Positions 8,219 to 19,255 of a stretch of DNA of 64,000 nucleotides are shown piece after piece. The stretch is from Candidatus Bathyarchaeota archaeon (GTDB lineage Archaea; Thermoproteota; Bathyarchaeia; Bathyarchaeales; Bathycorpusculaceae). Position 1 is the first letter of the stretch. Each line of letters opens with the position of its first letter. The DNA is taken from NCBI GenBank assembly GCA_963702095.1, contig OY969706.1:1568001-1632000 (forward strand), given 5' to 3'. Position numbers and translations under genes: made by a program. Below the pieces are notes generated by a model. The model worked only from the letters and a program-made list of their open reading frames with translations. It did no database searches and was not told the origin of the DNA.

Positions 8219-10345
8219 TTAAACTGTCAGGGGCGCTGACGCCAAGACGGCAGAGCGGTCGAATGTTTTGCGTATGCCGAATTCAGCTTGTTTGCCGTCA
8301 TTCCATTGGTCCACTGGGCGGAGGTAACCGACGACGCGGCTGTAGACCTCGCAGGCTGCGCCGCAGATGGGGCAGTGTTTACGTTCACCAGTTGTGTACC
8401 CGTGTGTTGGGCAGATGCTGAAGGTTGGTGTCAAAGTGAAGTAGGGTAGCTTTGAGTTCCAAGAGACTTTTTTGATGAGTTCAGCTGCGGATTTCCAAGA
8501 GGGCAGACGTTCGCCTAGGAATATGTGGAAGTTGGTGCCGCCTGTGTAGAGGGTCTGCAGAGATTCTTGGTGCTCCAACGCTTCAAAGAGGTCACCTGCG
8601 AAATCCACTGGCAACTGTGATGAGTTAGTGTAGAATGGTTCAGCGTGTTCGGCGACGATGTGTTTCTGGTTGGCGAAGACGATGTCGCGGTACCGTTTCC
8701 TATCGATGCGGGCTAAACGGTAGGCGGTGCCTTCTGCGGGTGTGGCTTCGAGGTTGTATATGTTACCTGTTTCTTCTTGGTATTCGGTTATGCGTTTCCG
8801 CATAAATTCGAGTGTTTTTATTGCGAAGGCTTGCCCATCTTTGGTGGCAATGTTTTGGCCAAGCAAGTTGATGATTGCTTCGTTGACGCCGACGATGCCG
8901 ATGGTTGAGAAGTGATTCTTCCAGAATCTGTCAAAGCGCTCTTTTACTTCGTGCAGATAACGTTTGGAATATGGGTATAATCCGTTGTCAGTGAAGCCTT
9001 CGAGCACTTTGCGTTTAATTTCCAAGCTTGATTTAGCCACATCCATGATGTCGGATAATTTTTCGAAGAATTCATCCTCGTCTTTTGAGAGGTAACCGAT
9101 TCGTGGAACGTTTAGTGTAACTACGCCGATGCTGCCCGTTAAGGGGTTTGCGCCAAAGAAGCCACCGCCTCGTTTTCGGAGTTCGCGGTTGTCTATGCGC
9201 AGTCTGCAACACATGCTGCGTACGTCTTCGGGTTTTAGATCACTGTTGACGAAATTGCTAAAGTTTGGAACACCATATTTGGCGGTTACTTCAAAGACTG
9301 CTTGTGATACGGCTGAGTCCCAGTCGAAGTCTTTGGTGATGTTGTAGGTTGGGATGGGGAAGGTGAAGACTCTGCCTTTTGAGTCGCCTTGCGCCATGAC
9401 TTTTGCGAATGCGAGGTTGAACATCTCCATCTCTTTAGTCATGTCGCCGTAAGTGTCCTGTGTGATTGTGCCGTTGTATATGACTCCTTCGTCCTTCATG
9501 AAGCGGGGTACTGTGAGGTCTAGAGTTAGGTTGGTGAAGGGTGTTTGGAAGCCGACACGTGTGGGTACGTTCATGTTGAAGAAGAATTCCTGTAACGTCT
9601 GTTCAACATCCTTCTGTTCAAGGTGGTCATATCGTATGAAGGGTGCTAAGTAAGTGTCAAAGTTGCTGAATGCCTGTGCACCTGCCGCTTCGCCCTGCAG
9701 GGTGTAGAAGAAGTTGACTACCTGACCTAAAGCGGTTCGGAAGTGTTTAGCGGGTTTGCTCTCGATTTTGCCATGCACCCCACCGAAGCCTGACAGCAAG
9801 AGGCTGTTGACGTCCCAGCCGACGCAGTACGGGCCCAAGACGCCTAAGTCGTGAATGTGCATGTCGCCTGAGAAGTGGGCTGCGGCTACGTGTTCTGGGT
9901 AGATGCGGGCGATCCAGTACTTGGCAATTACCGTGGACGAGAGATAGTTGTTTAAGCCCTGAAGGGAGTAGCTCATGTTGCTGTTTTCTTTGACGCGCCA
10001 GTCCTCTACCTCAAGGTACTGGTCCACCATGTCTGAAGAACTCAGCAGCGCCGCTAACTCGCGCATGTCAGTGTGTTGTTTACGGTAGAGGATGTAGGCT
10101 TTGGCAGTTTGGGCGTGACCGTTCTCGATTAAGCGCTTCTCAACGACGTCTTGGATTTCCTCGACTGTTGGGACGCCGTCGTCGCCGTAGGCTTTCTGTA
10201 GGTCAGCAACGACTGCGTCACTGATGTGTTTAGCCTGCGCTTTATCTCTGCCACCGACTGATTTGACAGCTTTCCAAATGGCAATTGTTATGCGTTCCTG
10301 ATCGAAGGGTTCTAATTTACTATCACGTTTAAGTACAAACTTCAT
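8219..10345 (-). CDS. nrdD: Class III anaerobic ribonucleoside-triphosphate reductase with ATP cone
   Basis: N-terminal ATP cone, RSMCCRL, NLEATPAEG, zinc site and glycyl-radical loop YSRVVGYLRP. Confidence 0.96.
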   Translation of the reverse strand: MKFVLKRDSKLEPFDQERITIAIWKAVKSVGGRDKAQAKHISDAVVADLQKAYGDDGVPTVEEIQDVVEKRLIENGHAQTAKAYILYRKQHTDMRELAALLSSSDMVDQYLEVEDWRVKENSNMSYSLQGLNNYLSSTVIAKYWIARIYPEHVAAAHFSGDMHIHDLGVLGPYCVGWDVNSLLLSGFGGVHGKIESKPAKHFRTALGQVVNFFYTLQGEAAGAQAFSNFDTYLAPFIRYDHLEQKDVEQTLQEFFFNMNVPTRVGFQTPFTNLTLDLTVPRFMKDEGVIYNGTITQDTYGDMTKEMEMFNLAFAKVMAQGDSKGRVFTFPIPTYNITKDFDWDSAVSQAVFEVTAKYGVPNFSNFVNSDLKPEDVRSMCCRLRIDNRELRKRGGGFFGANPLTGSIGVVTLNVPRIGYLSKDEDEFFEKLSDIMDVAKSSLEIKRKVLEGFTDNGLYPYSKRYLHEVKERFDRFWKNHFSTIGIVGVNEAIINLLGQNIATKDGQAFAIKTLEFMRKRITEYQEETGNIYNLEATPAEGTAYRLARIDRKRYRDIVFANQKHIVAEHAEPFYTNSSQLPVDFAGDLFEALEHQESLQTLYTGGTNFHIFLGERLPSWKSAAELIKKVSWNSKLPYFTLTPTFSICPTHGYTTGERKHCPICGAACEVYSRVVGYLRPVDQWNDGKQAEFGIRKTFDRSAVLASAPLTV

Positions 10346-10791
10346 TGTTTCTTCACTTCTGAGATTACTTTCCTGAAATCTTCAGGCTCTTCAAACTGTT
10401 TGTAAACTGAAGCAAAGCGTATGTAGGCGATGCGGTCCAAGGTTTTGAGCCGTTTCATGATGGAGTCGCCGATGTCTCTGGACGCAACTTCCTCGGTGCC
10501 TCTAAGCATAAGGTCTTGGCGGACTTGTTCGGCTAACGCGTTGATTTGACTCATGGTTACGGGGCGTTTTTCGCAGGCTTTCTGGAGTCCACTTAAGATT
10601 TTGTTGACATCGAAGCGTTGGAGTTGCCCGTCTTTTTTTCGTACCATGAACTCGATGGTTTCGAGGTATTCGTAGGTGGTGTAGCGTTTGCCGCATTTGA
10701 TGCATTCTCTGCGTCGGCGCGTGGTGTTCTCTGGGGAATCGCGTGTTTCGAGGGTTTTGGATTCTTCAGAGTTGCAGTAGGGACATCTCAT
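10342..10791 (-). CDS. nrdR: Transcriptional repressor NrdR
   Basis: MRCPYC..TRDS...RRRREC..CG.RYTTYE, ATP cone, AYIRFASVYK.F. Confidence 0.96.
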   Translation of the reverse strand: MRCPYCNSEESKTLETRDSPENTTRRRRECIKCGKRYTTYEYLETIEFMVRKKDGQLQRFDVNKILSGLQKACEKRPVTMSQINALAEQVRQDLMLRGTEEVASRDIGDSIMKRLKTLDRIAYIRFASVYKQFEEPEDFRKVISEVKKQ

Positions 10792-10813
10792 AGTTATACA
10801 TGCTCATGCCGTG

Positions 10814-10861
10814 TTATTATGCATAGTGTTACAAAGATATTCAGTACACTACATTTAGCGC
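10814..10861. promoter_or_regulatory. Tandem NrdR-box-like operators
   Basis: ACACTACATTTAGCGC (10846-10861) and TTATTATGCATAGTGT (10814-10829) resemble acaCwAtATaTwGtgt, lie 32 bp apart and sit next to TATA-like TTAAATA (minus strand, 10863-10869). Confidence 0.7.
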
Positions 10862-11115
10862 ATATTTAATGATTTTTTACACATAAACCTCAAACAACCA
10901 CACAACCGCCCAAACGACACCATAAAAAATGCACAAAAAAAACAACAATTAAAAACCCAGAAAAAACCCCAAATCAAAAAAACAGCCCTATTCACGTAAA
11001 TACCTACCCATGTTAAGTTTTGCGCAAACAATATAATCAAAAAACCCCCAACACCCCTAATACCGCCAAAAAACGGCGTCCAAACCCAAAAAAAACGCCG
11101 AAAAAGTGATGGAAA

Positions 11116-11475
11116 ATGAACCCAAAAATCATCCAAGCCCAAACACCCCACCAATACCTGACTCCTGAGAGATGCTATATAGCTGAAAACCACAGCGATC
11201 CCGCAGTCTCCATAGCACGCGCAACCGTCAAACCCGGAGTAACCACCAAAGCGCACCACCTCATCGACACACAGGAAATCTACATCATAACCAGCGGGGA
11301 AGCCCTCGTCACAGTCGGCGATTTAGAACCCGCCCAAGTCGGCGTCGGAGACGTCGTCGTAATACCGCCATTGATCTCTCAGAAAATCACCAACACCGGC
11401 AAAACCGACCTGGTGTTCTACTGTGTCTGTACACCCAGGTTCACAGAAGCCTGCTACGTCAACGAGGAGCCCTGA
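11116..11475 (+). CDS. Cupin-domain protein
   Basis: PG.TT.AHH...QEIYII.SG and GDVVVIPP...QKITN. Confidence 0.88.
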   Translation: MNPKIIQAQTPHQYLTPERCYIAENHSDPAVSIARATVKPGVTTKAHHLIDTQEIYIITSGEALVTVGDLEPAQVGVGDVVVIPPLISQKITNTGKTDLVFYCVCTPRFTEACYVNEEP

Positions 11476-11701
11476 CATGCATCGACTCTGGAAATAGGGG
11501 TTAATAAGCTAATTTAACGATAGGTACTTTGAGGAGAAAGATAAGGAGAAACCGAGGAGAAAGGAGAGGCTTCTCACAACTCTCTTTCTAGTTTGTTTTA
11601 GGGTTAATCATTCAAGGCTTAAACTGCTTCGGAATCGACCATGTAAAACGTTATATGGCGTAAACTCTAATAAAGGGTAAAGGTTGTATGGGGTAACTTA
11701 G

Positions 11702-12984
11702 TTGGGGATGAAGCAGTCAGCGGTTTTGTTTGCGTTGCTCATACTTCTCGGCGCTGCTTTTATGTTACCGTCCACTGGAGCATCGCTGGCTTGGACCATA
11801 CAAACCGTAGATGACATTAACAATGCACGCGTCGGCTTCATTGCCCTTGACTCTAATAATGACTTACATGTAGCCTACTTAAGAAGCACCGGAGGCCACC
11901 TTAATGGAGTAATCGATTTGATGTATGCAAGTTGGAACGGAAAAAGCTGGGATATTCAGGAAGTAGCGACAGATTACTCTCCTGAAGGTCTAGTCATAGA
12001 TTCAAGTAATAACCCGCATATTCTGTGCAGTTCAGTCGGAGTCTTAGGCTTAACGTATGCAAGCTGGAACGGTACACAATGGAACTTAGAACCCATTGAT
12101 CCGGACGGGCGAACAGGCTCGGTTGCGTTGGACTCTTTAGATAATCCCCATATTGCATACAACTCAAGAGATGGAGCAGAAAAATATGCTGTATCTACGG
12201 AGGCGGGCTGGAGCATCCAAACTGTAGCATCAGTCTCGATCAATCAAGCGAAATCAACTAATGATGACTTAGGACTGCCGCAAATAGCATTAGATTCAAG
12301 CAATAACTCACACATAATCTATCAAAAAAATGTTCATGATTACAATATGCAACAAAATACAGCAGAATCGGCAATCGAATACGCTTTATGGAATAATTCA
12401 ACAAAACAGTGGAACTACGACAGTGTTGTTTCAAATGCTACTCTTGAAAGTATGGCTTTGGATTCAAAGGGTTATCCCCATTTCACCTATCATAAAGGCA
12501 TCGTAAGCGGGGCATTATGTTATGCCAGCTGGAATGGCACCACTTGGACCACACAAATCGTCGATAACTTGGCACCTTTTAGCCCTAGCTGTTTAGCTAT
12601 AGATGCGAATAACAAGTCACACATAATCTATCTCAGCAATACAGGGAATCTAACATATGCAAGGAGCACAGACAACTCATGGGATATTCAAACGGATGGT
12701 GTATCACAGGTCTATCAATAAACAGCATGACATTAGACACATACGGAAACCCGTACATATGCTACTCAAGAGGCACACCCTTTACAGGACCATATGAATT
12801 GTTGTATGCTACAGTTACAGAAAACACACAAGTGCCTGCTAAAACATCCAGCGACGGTACTAATACCATCCGGGGTACTGGCTTAGGCTTGCTTATAGCT
12901 ATACCTTTGATTGCTTTGGCAGTTCTCGTAATTGTGCTGGTGTTTAGAAGAACAAAACAAAAAAGAGGGGAAAGCACGCTTTAG
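11702..12984 (+). CDS. Secreted beta-propeller-like repeat protein with C-terminal TM anchor, frameshifted near 12700
   Basis: Repeated ALDSxxxPHI.Y / YASWNG..W..Q.VD units continue in the 12679-12984 frame to a TM helix and basic tail. Confidence 0.75.
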
Positions 12985-13943
12985 CTTGTTTTTAGATCAT
13001 CCATAAACTCGCTTAAATCCACCGTGGATGCGCCGTTTTGGTCTTTTAGCTGCTGCTTAGCGGGTGGGTACTGGAGGTAGCTTGGTATGCGTTTGGCGAA
13101 GCGTTCCTCAAAGGTAGATTCAAAGGAGTTCACGTAGAAGACGCCTATTGGGATGTGGTCGCCCCATTCCTGTGCTTTTTCCATGCCAGCCATTTTTTTC
13201 TTGAAAATCTCGCTTGGGTCATGCACTTCTGGGTCGAATCCGGTGTCTTGGAGCTTGTAGAGGCGGCTCTGCGGTTTGCCGTCTGCGTCGGGGCGGTCGA
13301 CTCCATTGTACCAGTCTTTGGTGTTGATGTCGTTGTATGTGGGGCAGGGTTGCAAGCAATCTATTACTGCTAAGCCCTTGTGGTTGATTGCTTTGACAAT
13401 GGTGTCTTTTAGGTGCATGAGGTCGAAGGCGTATGCGCGGGCTACGAAGGTGAAGCCTGAGGTTATGGCGAGTGAAACTATGTTTATGGCTTCGTTTATG
13501 TTGGGTTGGGGGAGGCTTTTGGTTTGCATGCCGAGGCGTAGGGTGGGGGATGCTTGTCCTTTGGTTAAGCCGTAGACGCCGTTATTGTGGATTATGTAGG
13601 TCATGTCGATGTTTCTTCTGCCAGCGTTGACGAAGTGGCCTGCACCGATGCCTAAGCCGTCGCCGTCCCCTCCGACGCCGATGACTTCCAGCCCGGGATT
13701 CGCCATCTTTATGCCCATAGCAAACGGTAAAAGCCTACCGTGGAGAGTGTGGACGCCGTTGGCTTTGACGAAATGCGGCAGTTTCGGAGCGTTGCCGACG
13801 CCTGAAACAACGACGACGTTGTGGGGTTCTAATGCGAGTTCCGCCAGTGCCATCTGCAATGCGGAGAGGATGCCGAAGTCGCCGCATCCGGGGCACCAGT
13901 CCTCGTAGACGTCTGTTTTGTATTCTTGGGGTTTATGCGCCAT
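12981..13943 (-). CDS. korB: 2-oxoacid:ferredoxin oxidoreductase beta subunit
   Basis: [20 protein letters not shown] motif, [22 protein letters not shown]. Confidence 0.95.
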   Translation of the reverse strand: MAHKPQEYKTDVYEDWCPGCGDFGILSALQMALAELALEPHNVVVVSGVGNAPKLPHFVKANGVHTLHGRLLPFAMGIKMANPGLEVIGVGGDGDGLGIGAGHFVNAGRRNIDMTYIIHNNGVYGLTKGQASPTLRLGMQTKSLPQPNINEAINIVSLAITSGFTFVARAYAFDLMHLKDTIVKAINHKGLAVIDCLQPCPTYNDINTKDWYNGVDRPDADGKPQSRLYKLQDTGFDPEVHDPSEIFKKKMAGMEKAQEWGDHIPIGVFYVNSFESTFEERFAKRIPSYLQYPPAKQQLKDQNGASTVDLSEFMDDLKTS

Positions 13944-15867
13944 AGGTTAACACCTGCCGCTCGGCTGCTTGATTGGTTAATATATTCTTGAGGGCACCGT
14001 ACACTTCGGTAACCGTCATGGGTCTGCCGGTATATTTGAGGATGTAATAGTTGGGTTTCACAAGCGCGTACTGGGTGATTACGCCTGCAAGCTGCGCGTC
14101 ATGGTTGTCTTCAACGTCGATTACCCGTTTTTTGCCCTGAAGCATCTGATTCAGGTAGGCGGCGGGCAAGGGATGAACCATGCGGACTTGGATGAAGCCT
14201 AAACTGTAGCCTTCCTCTTTAAGTTGAGCTATGGCTTCGATGATGGCGCCTTTAGGCGACCCCCAACTGACCACAATGTTCTCAGTATCTTTGTCGCCGA
14301 AGTAGTTTACTCTCATATCCAGCGGCACCTCTTTGTCGATTAAGCCGAGTTTGCCTATGCGTTTATCCATCATTTTGCGCCTGTTGGTGGGTTCCTCGTC
14401 GATGTGGCCCATTTCATTGTGTTCGTCGCCACTGTAATATTGGATGCCGCCTTTTGTGCCCAGAAAAGCCCGTGGCGAAACACCCGACTCGGTGAATTCG
14501 AAGCGTTTGTAGACTTTGCCTTCAAGGTCTTTTTCATCCACGATTAAGCCTCGGTCGATTTGCACTTTGGCGGAGTCGAACACGGGGTACGTCGCCGAAG
14601 AATTCGCCAGGCCCTTATCGAGCAAGTGAATCGCGGGCACCTGGTACTTTTCGGCTAGGTTGAAGATTGTGGCGGCGTCAAAGAAGCATTCACGTATGTC
14701 GCCGGATACCAGGATGATTCGGGCGAATTCTCCGTGTGCCGCGTGCATGGCGAAGCGGAGGTCCTGCTGGCTGTGCCTTGTGGGCTGCCCAGTTGCGGGT
14801 CCGCCCCTCTGGTAATAGGTTACGACGACGGGAACCTCGTTTGCTCCTGCCCAGCCAAAGCCTTCCGCCATCAATGAGAAGCCGGGTCCTGAAGTGCTGG
14901 TTGCCGCCCGCGCGCCCGCCAAACAAGCGCCTGAAGCGGAGTTGATGGCGGCGATTTCGTCCTCAGTTTGGATGACGATGACGGATTCTTGGCTGTCGCC
15001 TTTGGTTTTTAGGATTTCGTGGGCTTCAAGGTATTCGCTTTCGTCTGCGGCGGGTGTGATGGGGTAGTAGGTTTGGACTCTGCATCCGCCTAGGACTTTG
15101 CCCATGGCGACCGCCTGGTTTCCTGTTAGGAAGATTCGGGCTTCGTCGGTGGGTTGTTTTTCAAGTTTGTACTTGAAGCTGCCTACGTCAAAGTGGGTTT
15201 GGGTGTACTGGTAGGCTTGGTCTACGGCGACCACGTTCATTTCGGCGATTTTTTCGTGGAAGGTGGCTCTTATGGCGTCTTCGACAAGTTTTTGGTCGTA
15301 CTTTAGTAGTGCAAAGGATACGCCGATTGTTAGGACGTTGATCATTTTTTTGAGTAGGCTCATTTTTTCTATGTTGAGTTTTTTGCCGATTTCTTGGAGC
15401 AGCTCCATGTAGGGTACAGGGTAAACTTGGATACCTTTGCCCTTGGCATAATTCACATAATCCTGAATTGTTTCGCCTAAACCGTTCTGCCCCAGAAAAG
15501 CCGCCACCTGCGCCTTGTACCCTTCGCCGAAAGTAGCAATATCATGCAACACATTGACGGAGAGGTCTTTGGAATCCACGATTAAGCCGCCCACGACCTC
15601 GCCGAGGTGCCGCACCACGGTTTCAGCGTCAAACGCCGCTAAGAGGTCCACGTCGCTTATGTTGGCATGCGTGGGCTCCTTGGAGATTCGCTGGTGGAAG
15701 TAACTGTGCATGGTTTTAATGTTTGAGTGGTACTCGCGCCTGCCGAAGACATACAGTCCGCCGTATCCACAGGCCCTGCCAAATATGGTGGATGCCGTGT
15801 CAACGCCAGCTCCCTGCGGTCCACCCGCCATCCAATTCACACTTTCAATTACCATTTCTAAACTCAC
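13933..15867 (-). CDS. korA: 2-oxoacid:ferredoxin oxidoreductase alpha (gamma-alpha fused) subunit
   Basis: [48 protein letters not shown]. Confidence 0.95.
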   Translation of the reverse strand: MSLEMVIESVNWMAGGPQGAGVDTASTIFGRACGYGGLYVFGRREYHSNIKTMHSYFHQRISKEPTHANISDVDLLAAFDAETVVRHLGEVVGGLIVDSKDLSVNVLHDIATFGEGYKAQVAAFLGQNGLGETIQDYVNYAKGKGIQVYPVPYMELLQEIGKKLNIEKMSLLKKMINVLTIGVSFALLKYDQKLVEDAIRATFHEKIAEMNVVAVDQAYQYTQTHFDVGSFKYKLEKQPTDEARIFLTGNQAVAMGKVLGGCRVQTYYPITPAADESEYLEAHEILKTKGDSQESVIVIQTEDEIAAINSASGACLAGARAATSTSGPGFSLMAEGFGWAGANEVPVVVTYYQRGGPATGQPTRHSQQDLRFAMHAAHGEFARIILVSGDIRECFFDAATIFNLAEKYQVPAIHLLDKGLANSSATYPVFDSAKVQIDRGLIVDEKDLEGKVYKRFEFTESGVSPRAFLGTKGGIQYYSGDEHNEMGHIDEEPTNRRKMMDKRIGKLGLIDKEVPLDMRVNYFGDKDTENIVVSWGSPKGAIIEAIAQLKEEGYSLGFIQVRMVHPLPAAYLNQMLQGKKRVIDVEDNHDAQLAGVITQYALVKPNYYILKYTGRPMTVTEVYGALKNILTNQAAERQVLTYGA

Positions 15868-15897
15868 ACTCGAAAAACTTCTTGCCGCCTGATTGCG

Positions 15898-16035
15898 CTA
15901 TCCGCCGCCAGACGCCTTATCGATACCTACACAACAGGTACATTTAGCTGTTTCGCCACAGTATGGACACACACAATTGCAGTCATCGATAAAATTTCCA
16001 CAGTTGATACAACGAGGCAAATCTTCCTCACTCAA
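15898..16035 (-). CDS. 45-aa cysteine-rich microprotein (9 Cys, C-terminal GGG), not in the ORF track
   Basis: Manual translation from TTG: MSEEDLPRCINCGNFIDDCNCVCPYCGETAKCTCCVGIDKASGGG; GAGG upstream; ends 30 bp before korA. Confidence 0.8.
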   Translation of the reverse strand: MSEEDLPRCINCGNFIDDCNCVCPYCGETAKCTCCVGIDKASGGG

Positions 16036-16189
16036 TAATCCTCGCCTCTGCCACAATACATGTTTTACCAACAAAAGATTTAAGGATTCACAACTACAGG
16101 TCGCCTACTAGAACACCAAATGGTCTTAGCCTAAAGGCAACTACAAGAGACCCTTTACAAGAAATGCCACTTTTGCTAAGGTTTGATTA

Positions 16190-16399
16190 ATGAAGAGACG
16201 GACGACTGTTTACATAGATTCTAAGTTATGGCAGGATTTCATGAAATACATAATCGATAAGAACGGCAAAACACACGGCGGAGTAATATCGGACGAAGTG
16301 GAAAACGCCCTAAAGTTATTGATAAAAAAAGATAGCAAATTTACAAAGAAAAATCCTTTTTCTCTTTTGTATACGCACTTGAGTGTGGAGACCTGTTAA
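16190..16399 (+). CDS. Ribbon-helix-helix/CopG-like small DNA-binding protein
   Basis: MKRRTTVYIDSKLWQDF...ISDEVENALK pattern. Confidence 0.65.
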   Translation: MKRRTTVYIDSKLWQDFMKYIIDKNGKTHGGVISDEVENALKLLIKKDSKFTKKNPFSLLYTHLSVETC

Positions 16400-16486
16400 T
16401 TATGACTTTAAGGTGTGTACTTTGGGCAGAATGATATGTTTAAAGTGTGCACCTTTTAGGAAGAAAGGTCTTAAGAGCCCACCTAT

Positions 16487-17380
16487 TTAACAATAATCTG
16501 ATTCAATCCAGTTCAAATTGGATTTTCTTTTTCCCTTTACATCATCATATAATAATTTGACCAGTAACGAAATAATGATGCCACTTGCAATAAAAGGAAA
16601 TATTTGCATTAACATTTTATATCCAGACCTTGAGATTTCGTTTTCATAGGTTCCTGTTATTTGAAAAGTATTACTCTTCTTTTGAAGATTCCAAAGGTTA
16701 GAACCTGCAAATTTTTGGGTTATACTTGGATAACTCTCAGATAAAGTATAATCATTCCCAAGCATGACCCCTACTCCTATGGGCATGTTGTATAAGTTAC
16801 CTGCCGAATCAGTTTGTAAAAGTGGATGAAAAGGTATTTCTTCATTGTCCATCAGATAATGATATGCCCTTCCTTCAACATTGAAAGCATATTTGTCAAA
16901 ACCAATTTCTTTTGAAAATGAAGCCCAATTAAAATAAACAGTGAAATAATCAAATTGGCTTGTATTCATAGTAATAGGCATGTAAACGATGTTGCCATAG
17001 GGACGATATGAAACATTTAGGAAAAAGGTATCAAGAGTAGGGTAAGGGATTGCATCACAAGGTAAGAGAAATATGAGAGTACCATTTAGTGGGCTATCTC
17101 CATTTTGAATCCAAACCTCTGAGGCACCTATTGCATCAGTTTTACTTTTCAGAGTGAAGTCAAACTCAAACTGCCTCACTGTGAAATTCTTTCCAATATC
17201 TTCCAAGGTACCTATTGCAAAAACCCTTCTATCTTCTTCAGTCCTTGTCAATGTGGAAGACTCTGGAGCATCAACCAACATCAGAGCTATATAAGATGTG
17301 ATAACAATTATTATTCCAATTATTGCCAGCCATGTGCTTCTATGGAGTCTAAACCAACTAACAAGAAAATTTTTCTTCAT
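16487..17380 (-). CDS. Hypothetical membrane protein with N- and C-terminal TM helices (AT-rich)
   Basis: 297-aa ORF with two hydrophobic segments. Confidence 0.7.
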   Translation of the reverse strand: MKKNFLVSWFRLHRSTWLAIIGIIIVITSYIALMLVDAPESSTLTRTEEDRRVFAIGTLEDIGKNFTVRQFEFDFTLKSKTDAIGASEVWIQNGDSPLNGTLIFLLPCDAIPYPTLDTFFLNVSYRPYGNIVYMPITMNTSQFDYFTVYFNWASFSKEIGFDKYAFNVEGRAYHYLMDNEEIPFHPLLQTDSAGNLYNMPIGVGVMLGNDYTLSESYPSITQKFAGSNLWNLQKKSNTFQITGTYENEISRSGYKMLMQIFPFIASGIIISLLVKLLYDDVKGKRKSNLNWIESDYC

Positions 17381-17468
17381 AGGACATAACGACTATTTGG
17401 AATTGGATAATTGTCCTAACTCTGTCTTGGTATTTAAGACCAACTAAGGAAAAGTTGCCTGCCTAATG

Positions 17469-17996
17469 CTAACTAATGTAAGGCTTTATCAATTTTCTGA
17501 GGTATTCAACGTACTCCAATCTAACCTCAAAGCTAACACCCTTTTGATGGTTAAAAGAAACTATTGAATCCTCAGGAATTGTTTTCAGAAGTTCAGAATG
17601 GACATATACATCTATACGATTGTGCCCTTCATTATCAACATATCTGGTTACTCTTCCTTGTAAGCATTCTTTTACTTTTATTCTCTCATTGAGCTTGAGT
17701 CCATTGATCAAATTTGCATAAGTTAAAATCTCAGTCAAGAGGCAAAATTCGGCATGAGAAGGTGCCCATGACAAATAAGCATTGGTTCTTGGATAATTTC
17801 CATTAGGAATAGTGAAAATGTAAGCAAAGTCCTTATCAGTTATTGAGGATTCATCCAACTCAGTAAAAGCTATTGTTTCAAAATCTTCTTCTTTTATCCT
17901 CATTCTCAGATTTTCTTTACCACTATCCCAAAAGTGAAAAACTGCTAACAGGGTTTGAGTCTTTTCTATCCATTTCCACTCAACAAATATTGCCAT
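17469..17996 (-). CDS. Hypothetical protein (AT-rich)
   Basis: Long ORF in AT-rich DNA; ATG start at 17996 chosen. Confidence 0.6.
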   Translation of the reverse strand: MAIFVEWKWIEKTQTLLAVFHFWDSGKENLRMRIKEEDFETIAFTELDESSITDKDFAYIFTIPNGNYPRTNAYLSWAPSHAEFCLLTEILTYANLINGLKLNERIKVKECLQGRVTRYVDNEGHNRIDVYVHSELLKTIPEDSIVSFNHQKGVSFEVRLEYVEYLRKLIKPYIS

Positions 17997-18043
17997 GATT
18001 CTTTTGTTGGAACTGAAAGGGTTTAAGTGTTTGCATTGCAAGT

Positions 18044-18241
18044 TTACCAGTCTAAGACTGCTGCACCTGGCTTGAATCCTTCTTCTAAATCCTTAAGTCT
18101 CTCTTTCCTCAAGGTATGCCTGCCATTCTTTACGACAATCTTTGCCTCTTCGTCTTCCTTACCGGCTGGAATACGAAAGAGAGCAGGGCCTTGGGCAAAT
18201 ATGGTTACTTCTGGTTTTTTAGACCCTTCAGAAATTAGCAC
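18044..18241 (-). CDS. Hypothetical small protein or gene remnant
   Basis: 65-aa GTG ORF with protein-like charged composition. Confidence 0.35.
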   Translation of the reverse strand: MLISEGSKKPEVTIFAQGPALFRIPAGKEDEEAKIVVKNGRHTLRKERLKDLEEGFKPGAAVLDW

Positions 18242-18281
18242 AGGTTTTAGCCTGAAGCTGTGGGTTTAACTTAAATTTCGT

Positions 18282-18350
18282 GTGTGTGAGCGTGTGTGAA
18301 TAGAGACCGCCAGTAATTAAGAGGAAATTTCCCCCTACACACTCACACAC
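18282..18350. repeat. Inverted repeat (15-bp arms, about 40-nt loop)
   Basis: GTGTGTGAGCGTGTG (18282-18296) vs TACACACTCACACAC (18336-18350). Confidence 0.75.
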
Positions 18351-18781
18351 TCGCTGTGTGTCGGTTTTTATTTAGTTGGTGGGTGGGTTGTAGTGGGTTT
18401 GAGTGATGGAGCGGGTTTGTCAGTAAGTTAGTTTCAGAGAGAGGATAGAAACTCTATGCAGTGTCCTGTAGAGGCGGTGGGGGTGACTGTTTTGGCGAGG
18501 TGTGTTTTCTGGTTGTTTAATGCTGTTTTAATCGCTCTTTTTTAGTCGCAAAATTGTTTTTATGGTGTGTGTGGGGTTGGTTTGTCTTTAGACGGGTGAC
18601 TGTTTGGTTTTTTGCTTTTTGTAGGGGGAGTGGAGGAGGCGGCAGAGCGGTAGAAGGTGTTTGTTGGATGCTTGGAAAATGCTTTTTTTCTAGTGTTTTT
18701 TGTTTGCCGAAATTGCTTATAGGGGGCGGTTGGGTGGGGTGTTTGGATGTGAGAGATTGCTTAATCTCCGCTTTTTGGGCC

Positions 18782-18932
18782 ATGCTAGTGCTCGCTTGTA
18801 TTGTGCTGTTCGTTGCTGTTCATTTGGATTCTTGTGAAACCGTAAGAAGACTCTGCATGCTTCCACACCCACACTGTGGCTGATTCAAAATGCTTCAGCA
18901 TAGGGCGTGTGGAGGAAAACGCCTCTGCCACA
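18782..18932 (+). repeat. Dispersed repeat family A, copy A3 (diverged, 5' part only)
   Basis: TGCTAGTGCTCGCTTGTATTGTGCTG..GCATGCTTCCACACCCACAC..GCGTGTGGAGGAAAACGC aligns to 36305-36450. Confidence 0.75.
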
Positions 18933-19114
18933 ATACCTCAGTATTAGTTAGAATTTTAGTGAAGTATTTTCTAGCAGGTAATATTGCGTCAAAATGCTGG
19001 TAATTCGATAATAGGATGGAAGGTTTTTGAAGTGTTTGAAAAAGCGTTAAAGATGTTAACGTCGATTAGCAGTTGAACTCATGTTTGTGTCTTCAACGGT
19101 GGGTCAAGGGGTTT

Positions 19115-19255
19115 TTTCGGTTCTGTTTGTGGCTTGTTGCACAACCAGCCTGCAACCCCTAAGATTGGCAGAAACATAAAAACAAACCTCTACACAATCC
19201 GCTGGTTGTTGTGTATAGGCGGTTTTTGCCAACAACAACTATAGAAGAAAACAAG
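19115..19255 (-). repeat. Dispersed repeat family B, copy B1
   Basis: Reverse complement aligns to 37450-37595 (GGGTTGCAGG.TGGTTGTG..CCACAA.CAGAAC). Confidence 0.7.

Noticed and set aside
10855-11115. 134-aa Phe/Gly-rich ORF, and similar ORFs at 18517-18883
   Set aside because: Low-complexity A/C- or G/T-rich intergenic DNA that lacks stops by composition
11530-11580. Repeated GGAGAAA motifs as an operator array
   Set aside because: Short, purine-rich and irregularly spaced; cannot be distinguished from low complexity
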